The notes below the pieces were generated by a model that searched no databases, was not told where the DNA came from, and saw nothing but the letters and a program-made list of their open reading frames with translations. From the IMG/VR virus record IMGVR_UViG_3300042291_001568, positions 52,823 to 116,822 of that record: a DNA stretch of 64,000 nt. One strand, written 5' to 3'. Numbering within the stretch: the first letter of the stretch is position 1; each line of letters opens with the position of its first letter. The translations under genes were made by a program, and so were the position numbers. Below, piece after piece: positions 45,284 through 55,076 of the stretch. This DNA is from a virus.

Positions 45284-47077
45284 GTGCCAGTAGCAGTCGA
45301 GCTCAACGAGTCGGGCGAGCACATCCGAATTGAGACAGAATGGCGCTATAAGGAACTCTGCAAGAGTATTCCTGGCGCGACATGGAATGCTGGAGATCAA
45401 GCGTGGCGAGCTCCTTTAGGTTGGACAACATGCTTGGCTCTTAGGTCAGTGTTTAAGTCTGATTTAGAAATTGGCCCACGGTTAGCTGCGTGGGCAGGCA
45501 ACGAGCTTGCTATACGAGTCACGCCAGCAAACGAACTACGAGACTTAGATACGTACGAAGGCGACGAAGATTTGTATCCTCACCAGCGCGCTGGAGTTGC
45601 ATTTCTTTCGCAAGCACGCCGTGCGTTACTGGCCGATGAGCCTGGCCTTGGTAAAACAGCACAGGCAATCCGTGCTTTAAAAAAGCTTAAAGAAACTGAG
45701 CAAGTATTTCCTGCTCTTATCGTTTGCCCAAACACGCTAAAGAAAAACTGGAAGCGTGAGTTTGCGATGTGGTGGCCAGACGTAAAGGTTCAAGTGATCT
45801 CTGGATCTGCATCGCAGCGCCGAGCGCAGCTTGAGACAGAAGCTGATGTATTCGTTATTAACTGGGAATCCCTCCGCGGCCACTCTCGCCTAGCACCGTA
45901 CGGTTCAGTCGCTCTGGCGCGATGCCCAGAGTGTGGCGGTCACGATGAAAAAGTAACTGAAAACCGCTGTGAAGTCCACTTACGCGAGCTGAATAAAATT
46001 GATTTCAAAGCCGTAGTAGCTGACGAAATTCACAGGTCTAAAGAACCTAAGTCAAAACAAACTCGTGCTCTGTGGGCAGCCACTGGCAACGCAGACATTC
46101 GGTATGCGATGACTGGTACACCAATTGCAAACAACGTACTTGACCTTTGGGCAATTCTTCACTGGCTATCGCCAACTGAATGGCCTAGCAAGACGCGATG
46201 GATTGATCGTATGGTTGACACAATGCTTAACGCTTTTGGGGGAATGATTGTCATCGGCGTAAAGCCGCACATGAACGATGAGTTCTACGCTGGAGTGCAT
46301 CCTCGCATGCGCAGAATGCTTAAAGCACGAGTGCTTCCATGGCTTCCGCCGGTCCTACGCGAACGCCGTGACGTTGAGATGTCAACTAAGCAAAAGAAAG
46401 CATATCAGCAAATGCGCGATACAATGATTGCTGAGCTCGAGGTTGGCGAAGCAGTAGTTGCGCCAAGTCCGCTTACGCAGACAACACGCTTGCTTCAATT
46501 TGCTAGCTCTTTCGCTTCTATAGATATAGACGAATTGACAGGCCAAATGAAAGTACTGCTATCTGAGCCTTCATGCAAAGTTGATGCGCTTATGGATGAC
46601 ATTTCAAGTGGCGACTTCGGCGATGACTCTGTAGCAGTTTGCGCAGTATCGCGGCAGCTCATTGAGCTTCTCAGCACAGCAATGACAAAAGCTAAAATCC
46701 CGCACGGATTGATCACAGGTGCGCAGAATGAAGACGAACGTCAACAAGCGGTTGATGATTTTCAGTCTGGAAAGATTAAGTGGATCCTATTTACAGCCCA
46801 GGCTGGTGGTGTCGGCATCACGCTTACAGCAGCTCGCAGGCTCGTAATGCTTCAGCGTCCTTGGTCACTGGTTGACTACAAGCAAGCTCTTGACCGTGTA
46901 CACCGCATCGGTAGCGAAATACACGACAGCATCGTCATTATGGACTATGTTACCGAAGGAACTATTGAAGAACGAGTTATTCAAGTGCTTGACAGCAAAG
47001 CTGACAACTTCGAGAATATCGTAAGAGACAAGGCACAGCTAATGAAAATGCTACGAGACGAAAAGGCAGGGATTTAA
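45284..47077 (+). CDS. SNF2-family (SF2) helicase with Zn-finger-like insert
   Basis: LLADEPGLGKT, VADEIH, MTGTPIAN, AGGVGITL..QALDRVHRIG; insert RCPECGG..RCEVH. Confidence 0.9.
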   Translation: MPVAVELNESGEHIRIETEWRYKELCKSIPGATWNAGDQAWRAPLGWTTCLALRSVFKSDLEIGPRLAAWAGNELAIRVTPANELRDLDTYEGDEDLYPHQRAGVAFLSQARRALLADEPGLGKTAQAIRALKKLKETEQVFPALIVCPNTLKKNWKREFAMWWPDVKVQVISGSASQRRAQLETEADVFVINWESLRGHSRLAPYGSVALARCPECGGHDEKVTENRCEVHLRELNKIDFKAVVADEIHRSKEPKSKQTRALWAATGNADIRYAMTGTPIANNVLDLWAILHWLSPTEWPSKTRWIDRMVDTMLNAFGGMIVIGVKPHMNDEFYAGVHPRMRRMLKARVLPWLPPVLRERRDVEMSTKQKKAYQQMRDTMIAELEVGEAVVAPSPLTQTTRLLQFASSFASIDIDELTGQMKVLLSEPSCKVDALMDDISSGDFGDDSVAVCAVSRQLIELLSTAMTKAKIPHGLITGAQNEDERQQAVDDFQSGKIKWILFTAQAGGVGITLTAARRLVMLQRPWSLVDYKQALDRVHRIGSEIHDSIVIMDYVTEGTIEERVIQVLDSKADNFENIVRDKAQLMKMLRDEKAGI

Positions 47078-48060
47078 TGACAGAGTTTAACGTCACTGAT
47101 GGTGTTATGGGTGTTCCAGTAGAAATTGGAATAAAGAAACCACTAAAGATTTCTAACTCAGAAATCCAGACATTTAAAGATTGCCGTCGTAAGTGGTGGC
47201 TTAACTACTATCGTAGGCTTCAACCACAAAGCACTAACTTCACTGGTGCTCTTGCACTTGGCTCTAGAATTCACGGCGCTCTTGATATGTACTACTCAAC
47301 AGACACTCCTCTTCTTGACGCGCACGCAACGCTTGTTGCTCGTGACAAGCAGTTGTTGATTGATAGCTTCCGTGACACTATGGATCTAGACACTGAAGCC
47401 GAGCTTGGCCGCATTATGCTCGAAGGATACCTTCAATGGGTAGACGAGAACGGCATTGACGCAGAACTCGAGATGATTTCTACTGAAGAGATTATTGCGA
47501 TGCCGATGTTTGATGGTGAAGTGATACTTCAAGGAAAGCTCGATATGCGAGTCCGTCGCAAAGGCGATGGAGTACGCATGTTTAGAGACTTCAAGACAGT
47601 TGGCGGATCGTTCACTGAGTTCGCATCTCTTGCGCACATGAACGAACAAATCTTGACGTACATGCTTCTTGAAGCTGCACAAAACGCTGAAGGAGAGCGC
47701 AGCGAAGGCGGTATATTTACAATGCTCAAGAAAGTGAAGCGTACTGCTAACGCAAAGCCTCCTTTCTACGAGCAAATTGAAGTTCGGCATAACACATTCG
47801 CTCTCAGATCATTCTGGTCGCGAATACATGGCACGGTTCGTGACATGCTTATAGTGCGCAAAGCGCTTGATGATGGCCAAGACCATCACAACGTAGCGTA
47901 TCCTCGGCCTAGCCGAGACTGTAAGTGGAAATGCCAATTCTTCGCCATTTGCCCACTGTTTGACGACGGAAGCGCCGCCGAACAAGCAATTGCCGAATTG
48001 TATGTGGTCGATGACCCGTACGGTTACTACAAACCAACAGAGCTAAAAGGAAACGAGTGA
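47077..48060 (+). CDS. RecB/Cas4-like PD-(D/E)XK exonuclease
   Basis: SNSEIQTFKDCRRKW..QGKLD..RDFKT..CKWKCQFFAIC (1+3 Cys pattern). Confidence 0.85.
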   Translation: MTEFNVTDGVMGVPVEIGIKKPLKISNSEIQTFKDCRRKWWLNYYRRLQPQSTNFTGALALGSRIHGALDMYYSTDTPLLDAHATLVARDKQLLIDSFRDTMDLDTEAELGRIMLEGYLQWVDENGIDAELEMISTEEIIAMPMFDGEVILQGKLDMRVRRKGDGVRMFRDFKTVGGSFTEFASLAHMNEQILTYMLLEAAQNAEGERSEGGIFTMLKKVKRTANAKPPFYEQIEVRHNTFALRSFWSRIHGTVRDMLIVRKALDDGQDHHNVAYPRPSRDCKWKCQFFAICPLFDDGSAAEQAIAELYVVDDPYGYYKPTELKGNE

Positions 48061-48818
48061 CAATGTCAAGAGTACAACGTTCATTGACCATGATGGTCTA
48101 CGGAGAATCTAAGGTAGGTAAGTCTACATTTGCGGTGACAGCACCGTACCCAAGACTGATGCTTGACGTAGAGGGTGGACACAGGTTCCTTCCCATCAAT
48201 GTCAAGTATTGGGACCCACTACGAGAAGAGCCGCCTGTCGCAGACGGAACATGGGACACATGCGTCGTAAACGTAATTGAATACGACACTGTTATCAAAG
48301 CGTACCAGTGGTTGCAACTTGGCAAGCATCAGTTTAAGTCGTTGATTATTGACTCAGTATCTGAGCTTCAAGTAAAGTGCGTTGATAACATTGCTGGAAA
48401 GAATCAAATGCAAATGCAACAGTGGGGCGAGCTTCTTCGTCACATGGGCGCGTTGCTTCGAGATCTCCGTGACCTTACAATGCACGCTACTAATCCTCTC
48501 GAAGCCGTCGTATTGACAGCGATGGCACGACAAGGGCAAGACGGCAGATACCGTCCATACTTGCAAGGACAACTTGCAATTCAAGCCCCGTATTTCTACG
48601 ACATCCTTGGCGCTATCACCGTTGAGGAATTTCCAAACCCAGATCCTACGCAGCTTCCAATAAAAGCACGTAGGATGCACGTTGAGCGCACCAACCAGTA
48701 CGAAGCTGGTGAGCGAGTTCAGGGTAGGCTTGGAAAAGTAGTAGAACAACAGAACTTAGGCATAGAGGCGATGCTTGACATCGTCTTTGGGCCTCGTCCT
48801 GCTTCAGAAACCAAATAA
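48057..48818 (+). CDS. AAA/RecA-like ATPase (Sak4-type recombinase)
   Basis: VYGESKVGKST..LDVEGG..IIDSVSELQ; lies between the exonuclease and SSB genes. Confidence 0.8.
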   Translation: MTMSRVQRSLTMMVYGESKVGKSTFAVTAPYPRLMLDVEGGHRFLPINVKYWDPLREEPPVADGTWDTCVVNVIEYDTVIKAYQWLQLGKHQFKSLIIDSVSELQVKCVDNIAGKNQMQMQQWGELLRHMGALLRDLRDLTMHATNPLEAVVLTAMARQGQDGRYRPYLQGQLAIQAPYFYDILGAITVEEFPNPDPTQLPIKARRMHVERTNQYEAGERVQGRLGKVVEQQNLGIEAMLDIVFGPRPASETK

Positions 48819-48848
48819 CAACAAACACAGAAAGACACGGTAAATACC

Positions 48849-49430
48849 ATGAGTACACTCAATTGGGGAGACCTAGTTAAAGAAGCTGGCGATGTCGGCA
48901 GCTATGATCCACTTCCAGACGGTGACTACGATCTTGCAATCGTAGAAGGCGTCGCAAAGACAACGCAATCAGGAAAAACAATGTTCGCAGTTAAAGCACA
49001 GGTTCAGACAGGCGCCCACATGAAGCGTCTCGTCTGGGACAACTTGGTTGTCTCAACCGACAACCCAACTGCGCTTGGAATCTTTTTCCGCAAAATGAAT
49101 GCGCTTGGTCTTAACCGCGATTTCTTCGCAACAAGCCCAACCAACGCTCAAATTGAGCAAGCACTCAAGGGACGCACATTCCGTGCGCAAATTGGGTCAC
49201 GCACTTGGCAGGGTCAAAAGAAGAATGAAATCAAGTCATACTACAGTGCAGTTGCGTCAGCACCTGTTATTGCAGCGGCGGCAGCTCCTGCTCCAGCCCC
49301 TGCACCGGCTCCTGCTCCAGCACCGGCCCCAGCGCCTGCTCCTGCAGTTGCACCGGCACCAGTTGCAGCAGCTCCTGCTCCAGCAGCAGCACCAGTAGAC
49401 ATCAACACACCGCCAGTCGCTCCTTTCTGA
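48849..49430 (+). CDS. ssDNA-binding protein (DUF669-like) with Ala-Pro tail
   Basis: YDPLPDGDY..SGKTMF..VWDNLV..KKNEIKSY; (AP)n tail ending PF. Confidence 0.75.
   Translation: MSTLNWGDLVKEAGDVGSYDPLPDGDYDLAIVEGVAKTTQSGKTMFAVKAQVQTGAHMKRLVWDNLVVSTDNPTALGIFFRKMNALGLNRDFFATSPTNAQIEQALKGRTFRAQIGSRTWQGQKKNEIKSYYSAVASAPVIAAAAAPAPAPAPAPAPAPAPAPAPAVAPAPVAAAPAPAAAPVDINTPPVAPF
49280..49400 (+). repeat. Ala-Pro dipeptide repeat
   Basis: gctcctgctccagcccctgcaccggctcctgctcca... Confidence 0.85.
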
Positions 49431-49457
49431 TCACTAGATCATAGGAGTTTGTCGTGT

Positions 49458-49528
49458 GATGCGGCATAGACGGAACGTGTTTACTACACTTATATTTATT
49501 TGTGTAGGCACACCGTTTATGCCGCATC
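49458..49528. repeat. Long intergenic inverted repeat/hairpin
   Basis: GATGCGGCATA (49458-49468) / TATGCCGCATC (49518-49528), extended inward by GACGG/CCGTT and TACAC/GTGTA; AT-rich loop. Confidence 0.8.
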
Positions 49529-49530
49529 CG

Positions 49531-49539
49531 TGATATCAT
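49531..49539 (+). promoter_or_regulatory. Extended -10 candidate TGATATCAT for the glycosylation operon
   Basis: Immediately after the hairpin, 33 nt before the ATG; AAGGAG SD. Confidence 0.45.
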
Positions 49540-49572
49540 TTCTAATACGACACAGCGAAACAAGGAGAGTGT

Positions 49573-50820
49573 ATGCGGGTAGCGATACTTGAACCAGAGC
49601 CAGGAGTAAAAGGCCCAACGGCTTGGGCTTTCAGAATGAGATATGGATTTAGAGAACTAGGTCACGAGTGCGACGTAGTTTCTTTTACAAAGAGTGGAAA
49701 AGTCAGATCATCGTGGGGAAAGCCTCAACCAGGCGGCCGATGGTGGAATGAAGCGCCAGACGTAGTTGTCAAGAGCGCTAACCTTGTCGAGTTGCTAGAT
49801 AAATACGACATGGTTGTTCTTCCAGAAATCAAAGTCCCTTTGCACGACAAAATGGCAATCAAAGCAGGCGAAGATGTCATACCTGAGTACGTTGATGCGC
49901 TTCTTCGCACAAAAGCTAGGTGGACAACTTCATTACACGGATCTTTTTACCCAGCGAGCACAATTCCGTTTGTTCCACGTTTGCTCGAGGCTGAAAATAG
50001 AGGCAGCATGCTCGTCACAATGAGCGACGACTCAGCTACGGATAGCAATGATCTATTCAAAGGAATGAAATGGATCAAAGGATGTATGCCGTTTCTTCCA
50101 AGCTTTGCGATTGATGACCCAATTCCGCAGGAAAACATTGTAGGAACATCTGGAAGATTTATCTACAATAAAGGACAGCCGTTAATTGCTCTTGCAGGCG
50201 CACAATTGCCAGAAGACATTGTGGTTGAGATATGGGGATCGTGTTCAGTAGGGCTAGGTCCTTCACCGACGTACATTACGTATGAACAACTTCGCGACAA
50301 TTTTGGCGCTAAAGTTATCCGCTATGCTAAGCAAGCAGATATGGATAGGCCAGATGGACGTAAGGATGGAAACATAATTACTCCGTACGCTTGGGACGCA
50401 CGGATTCCAGGAAAAGCCTTAGTTCGCTATCTTGGCAACTACACTGATTCTGCTGCAATCGCATCGCGCTTTAAGGTTCATATGAACTTGACTGCGTATA
50501 ACTTTGCTCGAGGACTTGTGGAGTACTCCACGCTTGAAGCAGCCGATGCTGGCGCCATGTGTATTGTTCCGCAGCATCTATCTGACCCGCAGTTTCGTAT
50601 GATGGTGCTTGATTGGTATAAGGGATCTCCAACACAAGGGAGGCTCGTGAAGCCTGAAGGCCGAGAAATCATTGACCAAGTCACTGCAGCTTTTGTCAAG
50701 TGTCTAGAGATTTCTGACAGCGACAGACTTGAAATTGCTCGTCACAACAGAGAAGTCTTGCGTACACGAAATGATCCACGCAAGAGCGCTGAAATTATGA
50801 TTGAAAGCGCGTTCTCGTGA
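49573..50820 (+). CDS. GT-B glycosyltransferase, probably DNA-base type
   Basis: MRVAILEP..GHECDVV N-terminal Rossmann strand; C-terminal GLVEYSTLEAADAG nucleotide-sugar-binding motif. Confidence 0.65.
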   Translation: MRVAILEPEPGVKGPTAWAFRMRYGFRELGHECDVVSFTKSGKVRSSWGKPQPGGRWWNEAPDVVVKSANLVELLDKYDMVVLPEIKVPLHDKMAIKAGEDVIPEYVDALLRTKARWTTSLHGSFYPASTIPFVPRLLEAENRGSMLVTMSDDSATDSNDLFKGMKWIKGCMPFLPSFAIDDPIPQENIVGTSGRFIYNKGQPLIALAGAQLPEDIVVEIWGSCSVGLGPSPTYITYEQLRDNFGAKVIRYAKQADMDRPDGRKDGNIITPYAWDARIPGKALVRYLGNYTDSAAIASRFKVHMNLTAYNFARGLVEYSTLEAADAGAMCIVPQHLSDPQFRMMVLDWYKGSPTQGRLVKPEGREIIDQVTAAFVKCLEISDSDRLEIARHNREVLRTRNDPRKSAEIMIESAFS

Positions 50821-51578
50821 GGGGTTTGTCAGGGGCTGTTGTCGAGATACTTCCTAATGGAATAGTAAAAAAGTCTGGTGGCATAGTCGAGCGCACTCGA
50901 GAACAAGGCGAGTGGATTATGAAGCATGGTGGAGTCATATTTCCGCAGGTGCTTTCAATCACAGACGACGGGTACACAATGGAAGAACTTGAGTACGTCG
51001 AGTACTGGGAAAGTACTCCGTCATTTATTGTTCCCGCGCTTGCTAATCATGTGTGGACTCAGCCAGCCGTAGTTCCGCCTACAGCTAACACACAAGAGCT
51101 ACTTGAAGCCAAAATGAAACACACGATTGACAAGTACTTAGCAGAGCATATTGATGAAGCAACTAAGAAAGAAATAATTAACTCTGCTAAAATAGCAGGC
51201 GATGGCGCTTTTAGAATGAAGCACTGTCTCTCACATGGAGACCCGACGGCTGAAAACGTAATGAACCGTGCTGGGTACGGAAGAGTATTCATTGACCCAA
51301 TTCGGGCGACAGAAACTGTTCCCGACTCACCAGCAGTTGACATTGGAAAGATCCTGCAGAGTGCATGCGGCTGGGAAGATGCTAAGTACAATAACGGAGT
51401 GATTGCGTACCGCAGAGCAGACGTAAAAGATCTTATTGATGATGATAGGCTATTTGTTGTAGGTGAGGCATGGGCTGTTGTTCACGTGATGCGCGCTGTG
51501 CCTTACGTTTTAAGAAACATTCCTGACTCACTACCAAGAGTACTTACAGTGCTAGAGAGAGCGATAGAACGATGGTAA
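50817..51578 (+). CDS. APH/choline-kinase-like small-molecule kinase
   Basis: RGLSGA..IVKK..YTMEEL..LSHGDPTAENVM..FIDP..DIGKILQS. Confidence 0.75.
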   Translation: MRGLSGAVVEILPNGIVKKSGGIVERTREQGEWIMKHGGVIFPQVLSITDDGYTMEELEYVEYWESTPSFIVPALANHVWTQPAVVPPTANTQELLEAKMKHTIDKYLAEHIDEATKKEIINSAKIAGDGAFRMKHCLSHGDPTAENVMNRAGYGRVFIDPIRATETVPDSPAVDIGKILQSACGWEDAKYNNGVIAYRRADVKDLIDDDRLFVVGEAWAVVHVMRAVPYVLRNIPDSLPRVLTVLERAIERW

Positions 51579-52102
51579 AACAGATGACAATATGGTGCTC
51601 TGACATTGACGGCGTGCTTGTTGATTCTCGTGAACTTGTTCGCGAATCATACGCTGCTGTTGGTGTTGAAATGCCTGTGCAAGCCTGGGGTCACCCGTGG
51701 CAGACATGGTTGCCGAACGCCTTAGGTTCGCTGGAAAAAGCAAGAGAACTTCATGCGGAAAAAACTAAAAAATATGTAGAAACACTAAAAAATGGCGCAG
51801 CGATAAAACACAAGCTTCCATTTGCTGACATTGCTAGAGCGTTGGAGCGTGACCCAGCGTGCTTGGTGTACTACGTCACCGGCGCAGCCAATGACACGGC
51901 ACTCACAATTCTTACAGAACTTGGTCTCAACCACAAAAACTTAGTTGGCCACGGAGTTTCAACTACTGAAAGAGAAGCAGTCTTCCGCAAGCTTGGAAGT
52001 CGCGGTGTGTACATTGACGATCGCATTGAAGGACAAGCGCCTGCGCATGCAGCGGGTTGGGATTTTATTTGGGCCAAGCAGGACTGGCCTTGGAAGCAGT
52101 AG
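51572..52102 (+). CDS. HAD-superfamily phosphatase
   Basis: SDIDGVLVD motif I, YVTG motif II, YIDD motif IV. Confidence 0.8.
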   Translation: MVKQMTIWCSDIDGVLVDSRELVRESYAAVGVEMPVQAWGHPWQTWLPNALGSLEKARELHAEKTKKYVETLKNGAAIKHKLPFADIARALERDPACLVYYVTGAANDTALTILTELGLNHKNLVGHGVSTTEREAVFRKLGSRGVYIDDRIEGQAPAHAAGWDFIWAKQDWPWKQ

Positions 52103-52830
52103 TACTTGCAGCAGGCCGAGGCCAACGCATGGCTGGAGTTGCTAAGCCATTCTTTAAGCCTTTACTAGAGCTAAACGGGATCCCACTACTTGCATACGCT
52201 GTAGAGTACGCATCGGCATCTGGCGCCACTGCGTGTCATGTAGTAGTGTCGCCGCACAATAAAGAAGAAGTTTCTAGTGTTCTTTCGGCCTACTCTCAAT
52301 GGGTACAAATTGTAGTTCAAGAAGAACCGCTTGGTCCCGGGCATGCCACGTTGCTTGCACTTAAATGTATCCAATCGGATACAGTTATGCTGTTAATGAG
52401 CGACAACATTATGGACCAAGACACTGTTGTCAAAATGGCGCTAGACAGCGCTATGACTGGCGATAACGCCATAGGCGTAAGAACTGTTTCAATGCAGCAA
52501 GCGCACAGATTCACGCGTATCCGCAGCACCGGTAACGAATCATACGACTATGTTGAAGGGTCTAGCGTGTCACTAGATGACGCCTGGGAGGGATCTACAA
52601 TGGTTAAAGTCTGGTGCGGGCCTGTCATATTCAATACAAGTAGAGCACTTCAAGTTTTTTCAGAAGCATGGGAAAGTGCTGAATCTTTTAGTCCTGAATT
52701 GAAGCAAAGCGAGCTCAAGATTGGGCCGTATCTGTCTCAAATACTAAGCACTCGTACGACGCTTGTTGATGTAAAAGCAATTGACGTTGGAATTCCGTCA
52801 GCGTACACTGAGTCAGGTGGCGTAGTTTAA
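52090..52830 (+). CDS. Sugar-phosphate nucleotidyltransferase
   Basis: TTG start 52090 preferred over track 52057; VVLAAGRGQRM..KPLL..QEEPLGPGHA..LMSDN. Confidence 0.85.
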   Translation: MEAVVLAAGRGQRMAGVAKPFFKPLLELNGIPLLAYAVEYASASGATACHVVVSPHNKEEVSSVLSAYSQWVQIVVQEEPLGPGHATLLALKCIQSDTVMLLMSDNIMDQDTVVKMALDSAMTGDNAIGVRTVSMQQAHRFTRIRSTGNESYDYVEGSSVSLDDAWEGSTMVKVWCGPVIFNTSRALQVFSEAWESAESFSPELKQSELKIGPYLSQILSTRTTLVDVKAIDVGIPSAYTESGGVV

Positions 52831-53852
52831 TGACAAAAGTACTTATATCTGGAATGACTGCACCGCAGTCTTCTAAATTGCTAAACGAAAAGAACATTTC
52901 TTTTGCGGGTGCGATTTGTAAAATTCTTGAGTACAGCGGAGTTGAAGTTGTCTGGCAAGATCCGCAGGTTGGGTGGACGATTGACAGTGTTGCAGAATAT
53001 GACGCTGTGCTGCTTGGAATTGCTCCAGTTTTAAGTCTTACAGCGAATAAGTCTTACGGCATCTTGTCACTGATTGACACGATGAAAAATGACAAAAGAC
53101 TTTGCTTATTTATCGATGCTCCCGAGCCGTCTAAAGTACACGCAAGTCTTCGGTCAGCAAGCAAGGACTATAGCTCACGACTATTCAAAGAGTTCTATTC
53201 AAAAAGAAAAGATTTTAAGATAGCGGTAGATCTTCCGAAGATAGTAGACGCTGCCGACTACTTGCTAAACGAGAAGTGGCCAACAACGCTGTACCCAACT
53301 CTTCCGTGGAACGCTAAACACTTTTCAGCTACAGGACTTCCAGAAAACGTCACTAGTTCATTTGTTGGAATCAACGTTGATTCTTTTTATATAGAAAATT
53401 CTTCTAAAGTAAAAGAGCGTAGCAATCGGTGGGCTGTTGAATCTTTGCGGTCTTCTTGGGCAGTAAAAACCTCAGAAAATCTTATGTTCCCAAGCATAGC
53501 AACTAAGCAGGTTAAGACTGACGGAGATGCTGAAGCAATGGAAGTTATATCTAAAAGCGTCGGTTTGCTAATTGGACCGCACGACGATAAGATCACTTGG
53601 TGGTCTCCTAGATTTTTTCAAGCTATGAACACACTTACGCCTGTTGCTACCGAATGGCGAACGGCGGGTACAATAGGTAGCTCGTGGAGTCATTTAGCCG
53701 CGGGTATTGAACAAATGTCTTCAATTGATAGGTACGAGCTCGCGGCGGCTCAGCGAGAAGAGTATGCTGAAGCTATTCCAACACCACACGAAACACTTAC
53801 ACAACTACACAAGGAAATGAGAATTGACAACCATGTCAGTATTATTCAATAG
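52830..53852 (+). CDS. Second glycosyltransferase-like protein (T4 BGT-like GT-B pattern)
   Basis: MTKVLISG..YDAVLLG..LCLFIDAP pattern reminiscent of T4 beta-glucosyltransferase (YDRLIVV..YYLFTD); C-terminal WWSPRFFQAM..PV. Weak recognition. Confidence 0.5.
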   Translation: MTKVLISGMTAPQSSKLLNEKNISFAGAICKILEYSGVEVVWQDPQVGWTIDSVAEYDAVLLGIAPVLSLTANKSYGILSLIDTMKNDKRLCLFIDAPEPSKVHASLRSASKDYSSRLFKEFYSKRKDFKIAVDLPKIVDAADYLLNEKWPTTLYPTLPWNAKHFSATGLPENVTSSFVGINVDSFYIENSSKVKERSNRWAVESLRSSWAVKTSENLMFPSIATKQVKTDGDAEAMEVISKSVGLLIGPHDDKITWWSPRFFQAMNTLTPVATEWRTAGTIGSSWSHLAAGIEQMSSIDRYELAAAQREEYAEAIPTPHETLTQLHKEMRIDNHVSIIQ

Positions 53853-54300
53853 ATGGCTTGAAATGACCACAAAGCTGCAAACAGATGTGTACAACGCGAA
53901 CTACGACAAGTTTCACAGTAACGAGCCAAGCGACCTTAATGAGTTGATTGAGTACATCCGTTGGAATATGCTCGCCATTGACGATGAGCTTGCCGAAGTT
54001 CGTCAAGCCATTTCTTGGAAGCCGTGGCAGCACGATGAGCCGTACGCAGATCGCAAGGAGATTGTCAAAGAGTGCGTTGATGTCTTGCACTTTGTTGCGA
54101 ACATTCTTTGCGCAGCAGGGGCCACTGACGAAGAACTCGACATGGAATATCTTAAGAAAATGCAAAAAAATGCTGACCGCCAAAAGAATGGCTACCGAGT
54201 ACTTGACGATGGAATGAAATGTACAAGGTGCAATAGAGCCTTAGATGACTACGACGTAAGCAATTGTAATGACGCACTTTGCCCCGCAAAGGGAGCTTAA
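53833..54300 (+). CDS. All-alpha dimeric dUTPase / dCTPase-like NTP pyrophosphatase
   Basis: AIDDELAEV..WKPW..KECVDVLHF..YLKKMQKNADRQ; ATG 53833 (track 53824). Confidence 0.8.
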   Translation: MSVLFNRWLEMTTKLQTDVYNANYDKFHSNEPSDLNELIEYIRWNMLAIDDELAEVRQAISWKPWQHDEPYADRKEIVKECVDVLHFVANILCAAGATDEELDMEYLKKMQKNADRQKNGYRVLDDGMKCTRCNRALDDYDVSNCNDALCPAKGA

Positions 54301-54301
54301 C

Positions 54302-54532
54302 ATGGACTACTGGCTGGCAGTTCATTCAAAAAATGTTGTAGCCGGTGACGTTGTCAGAGTACGGTCTAGCGCATACCGCGGAGAGCTTGGAAAAATACAC
54401 AATGGAAGATTGTGCAAAGTGCTTGAGGCACGAGACGGTGACATTATCGTATGCTCTATAGACGAAATGTTGCCTTATCTCAGCAGAACGCATCATGCTC
54501 CGCACACACTAGAAAAGAGAGTAGTTGAATGA
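54302..54532 (+). CDS. Small SH3/KOW-like hypothetical protein
   Basis: VAGDVVRV..HNGRLCKVL..GDIIV; GGAG SD. Confidence 0.6.
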   Translation: MDYWLAVHSKNVVAGDVVRVRSSAYRGELGKIHNGRLCKVLEARDGDIIVCSIDEMLPYLSRTHHAPHTLEKRVVE

Positions 54533-54729
54533 GAGCAGCAATTGAGTTTGAAGTACTAGGGTCAACACTTCCACTAATGCTTAATGAAGCTAGAAAATCT
54601 TGGAAAGACCTTATGGAAGATATAGATGCTGAAATACCTAGTGATGCTGAAATACATATTGTCCCGCACGCCGGGAGCGACTACAGTGCTAAGGTGTTTG
54701 TACGAATGAAAATAGACAATGCCGAGTAA
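54529..54729 (+). CDS. Small hypothetical protein
   Basis: 66 aa, overlapped with genes on both sides. Confidence 0.55.
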   Translation: MRAAIEFEVLGSTLPLMLNEARKSWKDLMEDIDAEIPSDAEIHIVPHAGSDYSAKVFVRMKIDNAE

Positions 54730-55009
54730 CAAGCAACCACGGCAGGTATGCCTCGAAGAAGCAGCGCGCATCGTCTCGGGCGAGCGTGATGTTCAGTACG
54801 GCGGCCCGGAAAGTAACTTTAACCGCATTGCGCAAATCTGGTCTGTGATCTTTGGTATTCCAGTCACTAACGAAGATGTTGCCATGGCTATGGTTGCAGT
54901 AAAAGTTGCTAGGTACGCCTCAAAATCTGGATTTCAGCCAGACACTTGGACTGACATTGCTGGATACGCAGCTTGCGGCTTTGAAGTAGGGTCAATACAC
55001 AAAGACTAG
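54719..55009 (+). CDS. DUF6378-like protein
   Basis: AARIVSGERDVQYG..NFNRIAQIWS..DVAMAMVAVKVAR..DIAGYAA. Confidence 0.75.
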   Translation: MPSNKQPRQVCLEEAARIVSGERDVQYGGPESNFNRIAQIWSVIFGIPVTNEDVAMAMVAVKVARYASKSGFQPDTWTDIAGYAACGFEVGSIHKD

Positions 55010-55076
55010 TGTCACGTACATCGGCCCTCACTTGATACGGTTGTACTAACGAATTAGACACACGGAGAACTACATC

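Noticed and set aside
47077-48060. Cas4-like nuclease as evidence of a CRISPR system
   Set aside because: No repeat-spacer array or cas1/cas2 seen; the exonuclease-ATPase-SSB context is a standard phage recombination module.
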